DNA of 64,000 nt from Orbicella franksi (lineage: Eukaryota): NCBI GenBank assembly GCA_964199315.1, contig OZ116706.1, positions 15,252,001-15,316,000 on the forward strand, read 5' to 3'. The translations under genes were made by a program, and so were the position numbers. Positions 1-12,377 of this stretch are shown piece by piece. Numbering within the stretch: the stretch's first letter is position 1; the number at the start of each line of letters is the position of its first letter. The notes under the pieces were generated by a model. It had not been told where the DNA came from and made no database searches. It saw only the letters and a list, made by a program, of their open reading frames with translations.

Positions 1-699
1 TCACAAATTAAAGGAAGGAATGATCTTGACTGATTGAGAGAACTGCTCCAAGTCAGGAGGGAGCATTTGACCAGCTTTGATCCATCCAAGCTAAGAAAGT
101 CTTTTGGAGACCAACAATGGAGTCATTGCTCCTCAGGGTGGCCTCCAGAGTCTAGATACCTTCAAATCATTTGGAGCCTGTTCCACCCTAAAATGGCTAC
201 CATAAGAGGCCTTCCACTGGAAAGGTTTATCAGAACGAAGTGGCACGGGCACCCCTTAGGCCCCTACTTATAGGGTCGAGCCACTCCCACAAAACAAGAG
301 TCTGGTAAGGAATTACTTTCAAACACATTGCCGATGATCATCCTCCCCCAATTTAATCGGTGGGATACCCACCATTGGGGGAGGGAGAGTTATTCATTCA
401 ACAATCTCTCCCGCCCCCCACCCTCCCCCCCCCCCTCCAAGAAAACATACAAGGGTTTTTACTTCAGGAGTAAGCGACGGGAGAAAATGGCTGACATTCA
501 GGCCATCCTGCAAACGTTTTGAGTTTTCTGATGTTCAATTGCTTTTCAATCAGATTTCCTCGATAAAAACAGTCCTTAGATGATCGAGGTTATCGTTTTT
601 AATACTTCCTTCCCATGTGGACAGGATGAGGAATCCACTAATTCAACTTTACAGTTTTTGAACAACCAGACCAAACACTACAGTCTCTCTCATAAAGTA

Positions 700-705
700 T
701 TTATT
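700..705 (-). terminator. Probable polyadenylation signal AATAAA of the ARHGAP6-like gene (about 1.4 kb 3'UTR)
   Basis: tttatt on +; followed on - by a GU-rich tract (gtagtgtttggtctggttgtt). Confidence 0.4.
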
Positions 706-2068
706 ATAAAATATCACCTATTGGAAGCATAATGTACACAAAGTATATATTCCAATAATATGCATATAAAGGTTTTTTGTCTTTCGAGTTGCATACGTGA
801 AACGAGTTGCAAACCGGACTAAATTATCACTAAGAAAAACACCTACTTTACGCAATAAAACTCGCTATTTTGGCCTTTAAAGCATTTATAAATCTCTATA
901 TTTAGTCCGTTGTTTGCCGTGTTTCAGTGTTACCCATGTTATTATTGTACAAGTACAATAATACTAATAATAGTCTTGTTCATAAAGAATGGACTAGCAA
1001 TTTTCGATAGTTTACTACGGAGGACTAAGAAGCAAGCTTCTCGTAATTTTAGCTATAATTTTGACGAATTTCATAGTTTACTAATTCGCGAAGCGTACAA
1101 TTTCAACATAATCAGATAAGATGATGCCAGCAGGCAAATATGAGTATGTCTAATAAGATAGCTCTACGGAGAGAGTAGAATCTCTAGTTGGTGACTGGTT
1201 AGTCTTGAATTTTCGTGCTAATTATCAAACCAATCAGAAGCACTGAACGAATCTGCGTGGAGCCAGGTGCTCATATGAAATTTTGAAGTCGATTGAATAA
1301 AGACATCTCATGTCTGCTTTCTCTGACTCGGAAAAGTATTAAGAAAATAACAGCTTCTATTGTTTGAAAATACTATGGATCAAGGTAGTTTCAGTTGCAT
1401 TTCTCCTAGCATACACCACTCGATTTTCCGACCCATAACAGAACATCAAACTAAATAGAGGATTAGCCGAAGTTATAAACGAAGACCTTCCGAAGATCAC
1501 TGACTGTAGTCGGATCTTTTCCGAAGATCTTCCGGAACTTGACGAGGACGTCCATACAGCGGACTTTCTTACTCCAAGGGAGGGGCGTTTTCCTTCTCCT
1601 CTACATGCATCGTATGGTCGCAAACTTAATCATATTTATACCTTCTATAACAGGAAGGAAGGTCACCGATGTCGGTTTTACTCGTAGCGTCTACACGCAG
1701 TGTAGATTTGTATGAATTTCATCTTTCTTCTACCCCAACTCGAGAATAGAAGGCCACTCTTTTTTCCTATTATTTTTTTACATAAATAAATGCTATAACC
1801 GCGATTCACCACGATGTTAGACAGTGTCAACCTCTTTTTAAATCTCTAGCTAACTAACAGTCGGGGGATGAAGTACCAGTTGAGCCCGCAGTCTTTGCTA
1901 CCATAGTTGTCCCAGCGACATAAAGAATCGGAGACTCCTCTGGTTCGTCAGTGAAAATTTACCGCAAACGGCACTTGTTCCCCCGACTGTTTCATTAGAA
2001 GGGTTTCATTACCGAACACTTTCTTATACCACTCGACAGCTAACAAAGAATTTTCTACCACAAAATTG

Positions 2069-2852
2069 CTACACTAACGTTTCTTGCTCCAGGAAGTCCT
2101 TTTGGCTGCTGTTCTGTTGAGTGAGAGACTCCCATTGGAACCAATTTTCCCGTTGCCAGTCTGACAGATTGAAAGTCCGAGAATCGAAAGTTTGTCTTCG
2201 AGTGTACTCGTCGTCTTCCCGAGCTAACTCGACATCGACTTCAGTTTGAAAGCTCGTCCATTCGGTTATCGTCGGTCCCTCGTCCATCACATAAGCTCGG
2301 CCCGTTATCGGCGACGAAGAGCTAGATTCCGCAGATGCAAAAGCAGTAGATCCCGAAGGAGAAGAAGGAGGCGTGGAATAGTTTGAATATGACACCGAAG
2401 GCGACCTTGAAGACAGAGCAGGTGATGGAGGCTGCTCGAGGGCGGAGCCGTCGTATCTGCACAACGAGCGCGCCAACGGTGGCGTCTTGCGCTTGGTTAG
2501 TTTGTAATTAGAATTGTAAGTGACTGGCGACAAGTTATCGTCCGCGGGTGAAGATAACTGACGGCCGAACGTGTGCTCGCGATAATGTCTTGAGTCTTCT
2601 TGATTAAAAGAGTAACTACGTATAGGAAATACCGAACCGTAATTTGTTTTGTCGCTACTGCTGCGTGTTATTGAATGTGGTGGTGGCTGTCTCGTGCGCC
2701 AGTTCGTGTCATCGAGTGGGCGCGATCCATGCGCGTGCAACAAGCGCCTTGCGGAACGTTCTGCCGCTCCCGCGGATTGTACACGCCCTCTTATTGATGT
2801 CTCTGTTTTGTCTGCTCCTTCAAAAGCGAAAGGGTCATCTTCCAAATCAGAG
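2069..2852 (-). CDS. ARHGAP6: ARHGAP6-like exon 11 (last; Ser-rich tail, ends ETLV*)
   Basis: Acceptor ctctctacacag|, phase 2 entry, 258-aa ORF, TAG at 2071-2069. Confidence 0.93.
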
Positions 2853-5800
2853 CTGTGTAGAGAGATGAAAAAATGGAAGAATACAGGTTATTTTGTACTA
2901 CCTTAAGTACTGTAAGTACTTTACAGTGACAACAAAGTACTTGCCTAAAATATCGCTTTGACCAATTTTGGATCACATTATTGCAATGTTTCGATATCCA
3001 GGATATTTTGATTGGATTCCCATTGCCGTACCAACTATAAAGTTACGAAGTCTAAGCTATTCTCTTAACCTGAACAATTCTAAATTGCACATTGTATCCA
3101 GATGTTGTGCGAAGGCCACTGCGTACCATCGACATGCGCAGCTTATTTTACTACAACTGATTTTTATTGTACGCACGCTAAAACGAGCATAAGTCAAATG
3201 CTGTTAAAATGGCAAAACCTAAAACCAAACAAAGAAAAGTGGAATTAAAATATTTCGCTTAGATAGTCAAGAATCGCTCATCAATAATGGACGCGCATAG
3301 GCTGTAATATGCGTAACGTCAAGCTATAACTTGCATTTCTTCGTTGTTGTGCGTTTTACTGGCCTAGCTGTTAACAAAGAATTAAGTGAGCAAAAAAACT
3401 ATATCAGTAGCGAGTTGCTATCATCAAGATATTTAATATCATTAGGATGTTTACCTGGCACCGTGAGTTCGTAACAACTTCCTTCTCAAAATGTAATCGA
3501 CCATTTCAGGTTCACTTTCCAGAAGTTGAAGGAGAACGTCGTGATGCATTTCCGCTGAGATCTGAAAGAACGCAAAAGAGCTTAAATAAGAAAATTAACT
3601 CCAGATCTTTTGTACAATATATGTTTCGCGTAATTGAAGAAACAGTTCTTAATCAAATTTGAATTTCTTGGGATGCTCTGGCAAGAACAGCGTTTACAAG
3701 GATAACCTGTGTAGACGGAGAACAGGAAGGCAAATGCGCCCCATGCTGATGTCTTCTTCCACGTATCTACATAAGGCGGTGGGGGTGGGGGTGGGGTCAT
3801 GCAAAGGGATATACCCATCACTGCAGACTAGAGATGGGCGCATTGAGCCTAGCTCAGGCTAAGTAGTTCCCGGTATTCTACTTGCACATCACGCTCACTC
3901 GACAAAACGAGGACCCTACGTACCAAACTAAGGCATGTTTCTTTTCTTCTTCAAACGAAAAAGATCACAGCCAAAGCTCACTTTCCCGCGTATCATAAGC
4001 GCATAGAAATCTTGTGGCGCTGATGGTTCAAACTCTCATTTTGTGAGTCGCACAAAGCATAGCTTCACACTTCTACCAAGAAAAGTAACAATACAAATAT
4101 TTCTACCTCGAACAACTGGCTGTGATGTTCAATCATGTCTTGTACAACGTCTATAATTTCTCTCCTTTCGTCCGCACGAGCCTTGTCTTCTACTAGAAAG
4201 TCGTGATGCTGTCCTTTTACCTGGGTGAAGAAAGAAACCGAGAATTGTTATCAGTTCTTTATTTCAGAAATAGAGAACACACAAGATTACCGGAACATTT
4301 TCCATTTTGGGTGGGTCACTTTTTCACTCCTCACGAATATTTTATTTTCTGGCGTCAATATCACAGATTCGTTACGACCCCTTTACTCCCTGAATTGAAT
4401 GGGACGGAGTGGAGAGGTCCTGATTTCTTAGGGGAGGCTATGTAAACACGGAAAAAGTACTCTATTGCTTTTATAAAATATTTCTAAAAATACGAGAGTC
4501 TAAAACGTCACAACCGTGTTTACAAACTCTCATCTTTTACAAACACACCTGTCGACCAATGAAAGCCCGCGTAGTATCTCGGATATTTCATAAATCGTTG
4601 TGGCAATGAACACTGAATATTGTGTAACTAATTCTCATGATACCTTGTGCAAAATATTTGGTCCAATTATGATTGCTAGGTTTTGGGAAGTCATTTTGTT
4701 TCCAGGAATCTGAAAGAAAAGTGAACGAAGAACAATTTTAGCCAGGCGTTAAATTAGTTAGTTTCCAATCCTTTCTCGGGTGGCTGGCCCGGGGCAAAAG
4801 GGCAAAATGGTGGCGGCTATCGACGGATCTTCGCTGAATCTAAGCTGCCAACGTAGACGGTTCTCCGCTTGTTGATCCACGCCACAGAAAAATACTTTTC
4901 AGCGGGGTGAAACTACAGGCGGAAATCCGTTTGCATTTGTGGGTCTAAGCCTTCATCTTTTTGCAGCTTTTTGGAATCGTTAATGCTTAAATGTGAAGGT
5001 AATTACATAAGCTAAGCCCAGCCAGTATAAGCTTACAGTTGCATTAGCTCATTACAGCTTAGATGATTCTGTCATCCTTTACGTAATCTTTAAGCTTATC
5101 TTTTAAACAAAAGAATCCTTTGCAGTAATTTTCTGGCAGATCTTCTGGCAAATAAATCAAGCAAAATTAAAAACAAATATTATAATTTGAAGTAAAAACT
5201 TACTTCCTTCCCTTTGCCATCAACGGTATCTGCTGCACATTGTGCTACTTCAGCCAGAAATTCCAAGAGTACTTTTAATGTGTCCCTGTTAGGAATTGGC
5301 AGCAAGCAACATAGCAGACGGAGAGCTGTTATCTGTATATTTGGATCGCCAAAGGCTAAAAAGAAATCAGTCACACAATACTTTTTATTAACCTTCTTCC
5401 AAAGCTAGACCTAGTTCACACTAGCGACATAACAACATAACGACATAAGGAAGTTGTTATGTCATTATGTTTGCACTGTGAATATCCTGACATAATGACA
5501 TAAAAGCAACATAACAGCATGAATATAACAATGTAAGGAAAAACCTCTGCTATTTTCCTACTTTTTTTCTCGAAAAACAAAGCGCAAAATCAATAAAAAA
5601 AATTATCAAATGGTGTTTTCATGTCAAAGCAAGTCAATCTTGCAAAAAATTGAAAGTTTGTCTAAAGAGCAATATATGCCTTTTTCCACAAAGTCTTTCA
5701 AGTACTTGCTAACCTCCTATACAGTCATTAAGTAGATCATTAAAGACCAGTAGCAATATATTTTTTGGAGGAAGACCATGATAACCACCTATTATTATAT

Positions 5801-8800
5801 GGGTAGCTCCATGAGCAGGCAAGATGAACCAAATTCTGCACTGTGATTGGCCACCCAAGGGCCAAGATGGTGCTATCTTGCCCGCTCGTGACTACCTGCT
5901 GTGTCCAGCAAGAAAAATTTCCCCAAAGGCAATATAATAAATGCTCTGTTGACCAAGCTTGTTCAGTCATGATGGCTGGATATTGGACTCATTTTTTTTT
6001 TTTTTGGGGGGGGGGGGGGAGTTTATGAACCTTGACTCTGTCTCAGGCCATAAATATGCAAAAAGAGAGAAATTGGCCAGTATCCAGCCATCCTGACCTC
6101 ATGCTAGGTCAATAACCCATATAAATACACAGTTTCTCTATAATTATTACAAAGTAGCTTACTTTGTGTTTCTAAGAAGGCAGAGTACAAGTCTCGAGTA
6201 AGTAGTGGCTCTGGAAGGTCCCGGAAGTATTCCTTGAATAATGCTGCTACATCATGTGGGTTGTCTTCTTCTGTGAACTTCGTCTTCTCTCCAGAATCAA
6301 ACTGATCTCTCATCTGGTATTAAAAAAAATTGTGGTTTGCCTTGATTGAAATTAAAATTCTTGTTTTTATACAAAAGGTGGACTGATTACAAACTGACGT
6401 AGAATTAACACATCAAGAAAACAAACAAACAAACTACATTACTTGTTTCATTCGCTTCTTTGAACCTCCAACTCTAAAAATTCCAAGAACATGCAGACCT
6501 ACAAAACAAAACAGCTTCCATGTTATGCATAGAACACTAACAGATCAAATAAGTTGTCGTCCCTGCCACTTTATCCCTGCTTTCCCACTACAGTTATTTC
6601 GACAACAAAGTATGGTTGCAATGAATAATGAATCAACGCAAGCGTTTACCAAAATTCTCTACCAAAATTCTTATTTTGGTCTGAAACTTTTAACCACTTT
6701 GATTCTTAATCTTTTCCCAGAAAATAGCAATTAATTAGTTAATTACAGATGCCTGTTTCTGACTTTTATCTCAGGAGGCTGATCATATATCAACTAGCAA
6801 CATATAACATAAGCAAAGTATTTTGATTTGCAATAATGTATTGACTGTGCAACATTGTCACTATGCTGTTTTGTGCACCAAGCCTGTCTATAGGATAGAT
6901 AGTTAACACTGATATGTTAATTTTACAGACTGGCCATACCATATGATTGAAGATGTTCAATTGCTTGTAAGACGATTGGTGGAACTTGAGGCGGTGAGGG
7001 ACTGAGCATCGACTGTTTGTCCATCAAACAAGATGCAGAGGCAGACGATGACAGAAGTGTCAGTGCCTCAATAAGTCGAGATTTCCAACTCGTTGATTCT
7101 AAAGGTTGGTCTTTATTTGAGGAAGTCTTGTTATCTGTATTTGGACTTGAATTCTCCACAGATGATCTTGAACTCTGTGATAGACTTGATCCTGATGAAT
7201 GCCGTCTGACTCTAGGCGAGTCATCAGGTGCCTCTGGAGTTCCAGCAGAGGTTGTTGATGATATTGATGGTGTGCCTTCTTTAAGATTCTTTTGAGGTTT
7301 TTTAGGTTCAATAGAATCTGGGGTGCCTTGTGCTGTGACAGCCTTGTGTAGAGGTATTGCAAATACACCATTTTCTGAAAAAATGTTGATAGGCATTTAG
7401 TCAGTAAGCTGATAAACAACAGGGAATGAAATGATAGTGACTGAAGCAAAGGAAAGAACAGGGACACTTATTATTGTTTAATAGGTCATTTCTGAGTTGC
7501 ATTTTGCCTCTGCGTTGAAAGGAGTCGTTGTAAAAAACCATTCATCTGAAAATGTGTCTCCCCTACAGGTTCATTTTCATACAAATCAAACTCATTTTCA
7601 TATGAAAGGTCATTTTCAAACATAGGCATGAGGTATTTGGAAATGGCCTATTATTCCCCACAATGGATGAGGAAGGTGGTATATATTTACCTAGCCACGA
7701 AAGCTCAAGGTAAAAGAACGTAGTGGTATATCAAGAAAATATTCTCTTGCTGAAGATACTCTTCATACTCTCATCAGTGGCCTCATGGTTAGTGTGCTAG
7801 TGTCTCTGGATCACGTGGTCAGGTTCGAGCCCTGGCCAGGGACATTGTGTTGTGTTCTTGCGCAAGACACTTTACTCTCACAGTGCCTCTCTCCACCCAG
7901 GAGTATAAATGGGTACCTGCAAACTTAATGCTTGGGGTAACCCTGCGATAGACTAACATCTTATCTAGGGGGGAAATAGAAATAATTCGTGCTATAAAAA
8001 CAGGGATAAGCCCCGGCATGATGGGCCACTTGGCTTGTATGCAGACTTAACCCTCATCTCACTACTTGTCACTACCATGCAATGATATTGTAGGGAGAAA
8101 TTCGATATTGACCACTCACAACTACAAATGGCATATATTTATTACACCACCAACCTTTATCTTTGTCTTTATCAAAAAGACTTGATCCAGAGTTCCGTGT
8201 CTTCCATGATAGCGCTCTCTTTAGAGACTTCCTTTGAATTCGTGGGTCTAAAAGCAGAAAAGTAATCTGTTTAATATTAAAAAGCTTATGTTGAGCTATT
8301 TTAAGAAATAACATATAGCGGTATAATTTATTTATGTTTACAAATATGGAAAGAAGTCAGGACATATTTGATGTTTGATATTGAAGGCTTATGTTGAGCT
8401 TTTTAAAGAAATAATGTTATTTGTGTTTACAAATAGTGGATATATTTCATGTAAGATATTGAACGGCTTACGTTGAGCTCTTTTAAGAAATAACATTATT
8501 TGTGTTTACAAAATATTGAAAGAAGTCAGGATATATTTTGGTTTGAAAATAACTCTCTGGTGTTGTTAAAGAATGAATAATATTAGTGACCACGGAAAAC
8601 ACTGAAGTAGATTGGAAACAATCTAAAAAATGTTCCATAAGAAATAAACCTTAGGTGAACATTTTTTTTAGGTGAATATGCATAAGACCCATAAGAATGT
8701 CGTCTTTCTAATTTGCTTCCTTTTTCGCAATAGATCATATAGTAATTGTTGACGATGCTGAATATGTTCTAAATGATGAATAGTTATTATTCATATTTAA

Positions 8801-11800
8801 GCAATAGACCAAGCTTTTCAGAGCAAACATTCTTCATGGCTGCAATAGCCAGTGACCTTAGAAATACTATTTCTTGCCCAACATACCAGCAATTGCATCA
8901 TAGAAATATGAATATTTCATATACTTTTTTAACCTTAGGCTGGTCAGCTTGTAATTTTATGAAGGTGTAGGCAAGAATTTTTAGGATGTGTAAACTGATT
9001 AGGACAATGTATGCATGAATCATTGCAGATGTGCTATGAATATATCCTCTAGACAAAGCTTTTGCAATCGCTTTTTTGATATAGAAAACATTTTTCCATA
9101 AAATAAACATGTTACTTAAGATTTTTCTTAAATCAACCTACAACTGACATAAAAGCACTTCAGATTTTATTTCTCCAAAATTCCGCTTGAATGTTGCTGT
9201 TAGCAGTCTGCGTTTTTTTTTGTTTATAGAAGGAAGTAACTGATAGTTCACGAAATGCATAAACGTGGCCAAAAATAGCGTTAAGTATCTATTATGCTCT
9301 CAATAGCCTCAACAGGGAATAATGGAGTCATCTGTCACTTCTCAGAGCATATGTTCTGTAACATTATAAACTTCTGCAGAAGTTTTCAAAACAAATTTTG
9401 TCTTAAGAAAGCAAATGCCAGCCTTCAACCTAATCATAACAGATGACTTCAGTTATATTTGATAAATTCTTCCTTCCAGCAGGCCAGTTTAGTCCGGGAC
9501 AGTGGATTTATTGCATCATATTCATATAGTTTAGACAGGGAAGAAGAGGCTTAAAATACTCTCCGCTTTTCATCTCGAATAGCTTTGTCTAAGAGGGTGT
9601 TTAATATTTAGATACATGACTATTGTCAGCATGGCAAAAAGCCAGGTATTAAAGACTGATATTGGCTCGAATAAGTCCTTACAGTTTGAATTAACAGATT
9701 TAAGACCCTTGATGGCACAAATGTCGACAGGTCATCACTCACTGATATGTTTGTTATGACAAGGCAGGAATTTAGAACAAGAAAAATTTGCATGCACTTT
9801 AGCTTAGCTCAGCCGAAGCCGACAAATTCATTTTCGTGGTCCCATGTCGAAGCGTCGAGGCAACTAAGTACGCTTACTGCACGAGGCTTAACTTCCTAAC
9901 GAGCGAAACATTTGATGACAACGTTCGGTTAAGGCTGTCAAATAATTTAGGATGCTAAGCTAACCGGATAAATGACGACAATTGCGGAAACGGAGTGATA
10001 AACAAATTCGAAGCGATTTGAAGAACGTTTCAGAACAAAAACGTTTAGGAAACCACGAAATAAACATCGAAATAAACAACCGTTGTACATTGCCGTCTGT
10101 GGAAGGGATTGGTCGATCTACTGTTTGAAACAAAGCCGTCGTCACAAGAGAAAAGCGATTACTGCCAAAAGAATAAATACTATAACAAGTATTTATGATT
10201 TGAACACACAAGCTTATAAATTTAATAGTACAATAATGACAAGCGACTTTCAAAATTACACAATGGCTGGTCCAAAACTTGTTATTTCACAACCGATGCA
10301 ATTCTGCAGTTGCCGACTTGGCTGCTTTGTCTTCGGTGCATAATTATTTTCGTGTTTGATTCTTTTTAGGTGCAGGTAGCTTAATTGCATTATAGCGTTA
10401 TTTTCGCACATCATCTCGCTCAGCCAGCAATTATAAAGTGATCTTGTCGCATATTTGCAAGAGATAAATAAGTACCATAATCATTAATTTGCGCAGCGTC
10501 CTCGCAGACACTCTCTTATTTCACTCGAAGCCTTATTTATAATATTCAAAGCCAACAACAAGCGCCTCTTGACCGTAAAGGTCGTTCTAATTGAATTGAT
10601 TGTTAAACGCATGTGACTTCTCTCTCGCCTTGCACCACAACTCCCGCAATCGAACTAGTTTGAAGTGGTCTTTCAAAAGAACTTAATACAAAAACAAAAT
10701 AAGCATTATTGTGATATGAATCATTGTGCTTCCATACCTTTGGGGATTGTTACGTGACATTTAAGATTCAATTGCTTTAACCGGGTTTGAGCCACTCTTT
10801 GAAGGGCGATACACTCCGGCACAGAGAGCGCGGATAGTTGAGTGTTGGTGAGCTGTACTTTTCGTCCTTCGATAGAACTCCAGGTGCAGTCCTCCTGCAA
10901 AACATGAAGATAAAAAAGAGACAGAGCTTAAAACTCGCGCCTGATTGAAAATGCAAAACCCTTCGTATTTTCACAGAAGCGTGGATCAAGGGAATTTCGC
11001 GTGTGTAGGATCTTTTAATAAATCCTGTTAAACTGCAATCAGAACAGAATGTAGGCACAAGAACGTGTTGAAGACGAGTTAGCGAAATTCTCTGGGTATG
11101 TTTTATGTTGTCGAAATACACCGCGGAAGTTTGCAAACATAATTAGCGGTTCTGTTATTAGAATCTGGTGTATGATGCTGGTAAATGCAGTGTTTCAAGG
11201 CTGAATAAATGCGGGCAAAACGCGATGAAAGGAGCTCGCTTGCAGTATAAAGATGTGTGATGACACTCGATACTAGGCAAGGTCAGGAACGCGTGGAATG
11301 AACGGTGTAGTAAAGATGCCGATGGAAAAAACCCTGTGTGTAACCTCTCTAATACAATTTTCACGACTGGTAAATCAATCCGCGCCTTCCGCTTAATCTT
11401 ACACAGTGGCGCATTATAACAGATTGAATCGCGGCTCATCGCTTAGTAAAGTAACGCGACATCGAGCAGTTAGCCCAGTGAACGCTGCATCATACCTGAG
11501 GAATCCACAGGGCATTGCCAGCGTTGGGTATCACCTTCAGCCGGTTTCGCCAGGCCTTTTGAAAGAATCCCTCTTTTTGCGAAGACGACGACGATGGCGG
11601 CGGCGACAGCTTTTCCTGCATGCCAGGATCTGAGTCGAGAGCAAGATCGTGAGTGTTAAAGGGGACCTTAGTTGCATTCCTAGAAGATCTAACTGCGCTT
11701 GGCTCACTTCGACCCTCTAGTTCCCCATTCGCACCCCCCCTAAAAACAGATCCGATGTTGGCGATGGCTCCCGAGGCAAGCTTTTGCAGCCCTTTCTTTT

Positions 11801-12098
11801 TATGTCCAACCGAAGGAGACCCATCGATCTCGACCCTCGGAGACACTTCGCTCGAATCCCCGGCATCCTCTCTCTGCGTACCCATAGAATTCGGCGATCG
11901 TAGCCTCGTGTCGCCTTCGCTTTGCTCGACGACCTCGGCCTCATAAGCGGGACTTATGTTCCGGTATTTACGCTGCCCTCTCGCACTGTTGGTTGATTCG
12001 TTCATGGCTCTCGGAGATTGGGTTGCAGTCCTGCAAGATGGCGAAACCCTCTCCTCCGATTCTGTTGCCCACTCGTTCTCGCAGGCGTTTAGTACCAT
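2069..12098 (-). CDS. ARHGAP6: ARHGAP6/ARHGAP36-family Rho GTPase-activating protein, 11 coding exons, 905 aa: join(12098-11496,10894-10738,8247-8155,7374-6940,6498-6443,6313-6163,5355-5204,4709-4644,4220-4107,3561-3455,2852-2069)
   Basis: All 10 introns are GT-AG with matching phases; 2718 nt with no internal stop. Family motifs: CTWSSIEGRKVQL..QRVAQTRL..ITIPK-type segment, VFAIPL, SRLIEAL, QVPPIV, arginine-finger GIFRVGGSKKR, HDVAALFKEYFRDLPEPLLT, NKMTSQNLAIIIGPNIL, LLESEPEMVDYILRRK, C-terminal WQRENW..ETLV. Start codon is the least certain part (frame is open about 41 codons further 5' with no ATG). Confidence 0.95.
3455..3561 (-). CDS. ARHGAP6: ARHGAP6-like exon 10 (ISAEMHHDVLLQLLESEPEMVDYILRRK...)
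   Basis: ttctttcag| ... AG|gtaaac; matches the family post-GAP motif. Confidence 0.93.
4107..4220 (-). CDS. ARHGAP6: ARHGAP6-like exon 9 (..ARADERREIIDVVQDMIEHHSQLFE)
   Basis: cttcacccag| ... GAG|gtagaa; last GAP helix. Confidence 0.93.
4436..4594. repeat. Degenerate dispersed-repeat fragment
   Basis: ggctatgtaaacacgg..ctattgct..acaaccgtgtttac..cgaccaatgaaagcccgcg resembles a repeat family I recall from coral genomes; not verified. Confidence 0.35.
4644..4709 (-). CDS. ARHGAP6: ARHGAP6-like exon 8 (IPGNKMTSQNLAIIIGPNILHK)
   Basis: ttttctttcag| ... AAG|gtatca; RhoGAP NKM..NL..GPN motif. Confidence 0.95.
5204..5355 (-). CDS. ARHGAP6: ARHGAP6-like exon 7 (FGDPNIQITALRLLCCLLPIPNRDTLKVLLEFL..)
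   Basis: ttctttttag| ... GAA|gtaagt; RhoGAP LP..NR.TL..L..FL motif. Confidence 0.95.
6163..6313 (-). CDS. ARHGAP6: ARHGAP6-like exon 6 (MRDQFD..HDVAALFKEYFRDLPEPLLT..)
   Basis: ttaataccag| ... A|gtaagc; RhoGAP core motif. Confidence 0.95.
6443..6498 (-). CDS. ARHGAP6: ARHGAP6-like exon 5 (LHVLGIFRVGGSKKRMKQ, arginine finger)
   Basis: ttgttttgtag| ... CAA|gtaatg; too short for the ORF track, read directly. Confidence 0.95.
6940..7374 (-). CDS. ARHGAP6: ARHGAP6-like exon 4 (VFAIPL + Ser-rich insert + QVPPIV)
   Basis: ttttttcag| ... G|gtatgg; the Ser-rich insert in the GAP N-terminus is typical of ARHGAP6. Confidence 0.93.
7481..7651. mobile_element. MITE, Tc1/mariner-like (TA target-site duplication)
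   Basis: TIRs ataggtcatttc / gaaatggcctat (11/12 match) flanked by TA on both sides; non-coding, 171 bp. Confidence 0.7.
7775..8052 (+). mobile_element. tRNA-derived SINE, copy 1
   Basis: Pol III A box TGGCCTCATGG (7778-7788), B box GGTTCGAGCC (7822-7831); body homologous to 29575-29850. Confidence 0.85.
8155..8247 (-). CDS. ARHGAP6: ARHGAP6-like exon 3 (PRIQRKSLKRALSWKTRNSGSSLFDKDKDK)
   Basis: ctgcttttag| ... AAG|gttggt; basic RKSL.R segment; phases fit both neighbours. Confidence 0.88.
8270..8545. repeat. Degenerate minisatellite, about 3 copies of 80-100 bp
   Basis: gctta(t/c)gttgagct..aagaaataa..tgtttacaaa recurs at 8284, 8387 and 8466. Confidence 0.85.
10738..10894 (-). CDS. ARHGAP6: ARHGAP6-like exon 2 (EDCTWSSIEGRKVQLTNTQLSALSVPECIALQRVAQTRL..TIPK)
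   Basis: gttttgcag| ... AAG|gtatgg; aligns to the ARHGAP6 DFTWNSMSGRSVRL..ITIPKD segment. Confidence 0.92.
11496..12098 (-). CDS. ARHGAP6: ARHGAP6-like exon 1 (disordered N-terminus)
   Basis: 201-codon ORF ending CAG|gtatga in phase 0, matching exon 2; promoter motifs upstream. Confidence 0.8.
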
Positions 12099-12346
12099 GA
12101 ATATCCTAGCGGTTAATATTCTCCCTTCGCACCGTATAGTGTCACATCCTTGGCACGAACCCGCAATGTCCGAGCTCTTCGGTACGCGTCGGACCTCAAG
12201 TAAACTTCCATGATTTGCCTCTTATTCGCATGTTCTAATGGAATTGAGTATTCAGTGTGTAGCTGGCTGTGAGTGAGTTGCTAATCAGTCATTGATTGAC
12301 GCGGGGGCAGATCCTATTAATTGAAATCAATAAAGACCCGTGCCCG

Positions 12347-12377
12347 ATTGGCTGCCGAACAATCGCAGATGACGTCA
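12347..12377 (-). promoter_or_regulatory. ARHGAP6-like promoter: CCAAT box (12347-12351) and CRE TGACGTCA (12370-12377)
   Basis: Motifs lie about 250-280 nt 5' of the ATG in a CpG-rich stretch. Confidence 0.5.

Noticed and set aside
34-273. 79-aa ORF at the window start
   Set aside because: TTG start, no recognisable domain, and no convincing splice pair in any frame
1357-1623. 88-aa minus-strand ORF with ccgaagat repeats
   Set aside because: Lies in the predicted 3'UTR; low-complexity repeat-derived sequence
2644-2906. Plus-strand ORFs here and at 7017-7295, 11406-11946, 28349-28724
   Set aside because: Antisense shadows of real exons
4770-4950. GC-rich intronic segment resembling a MITE
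   Set aside because: Could not define both TIRs or find a second copy in the window
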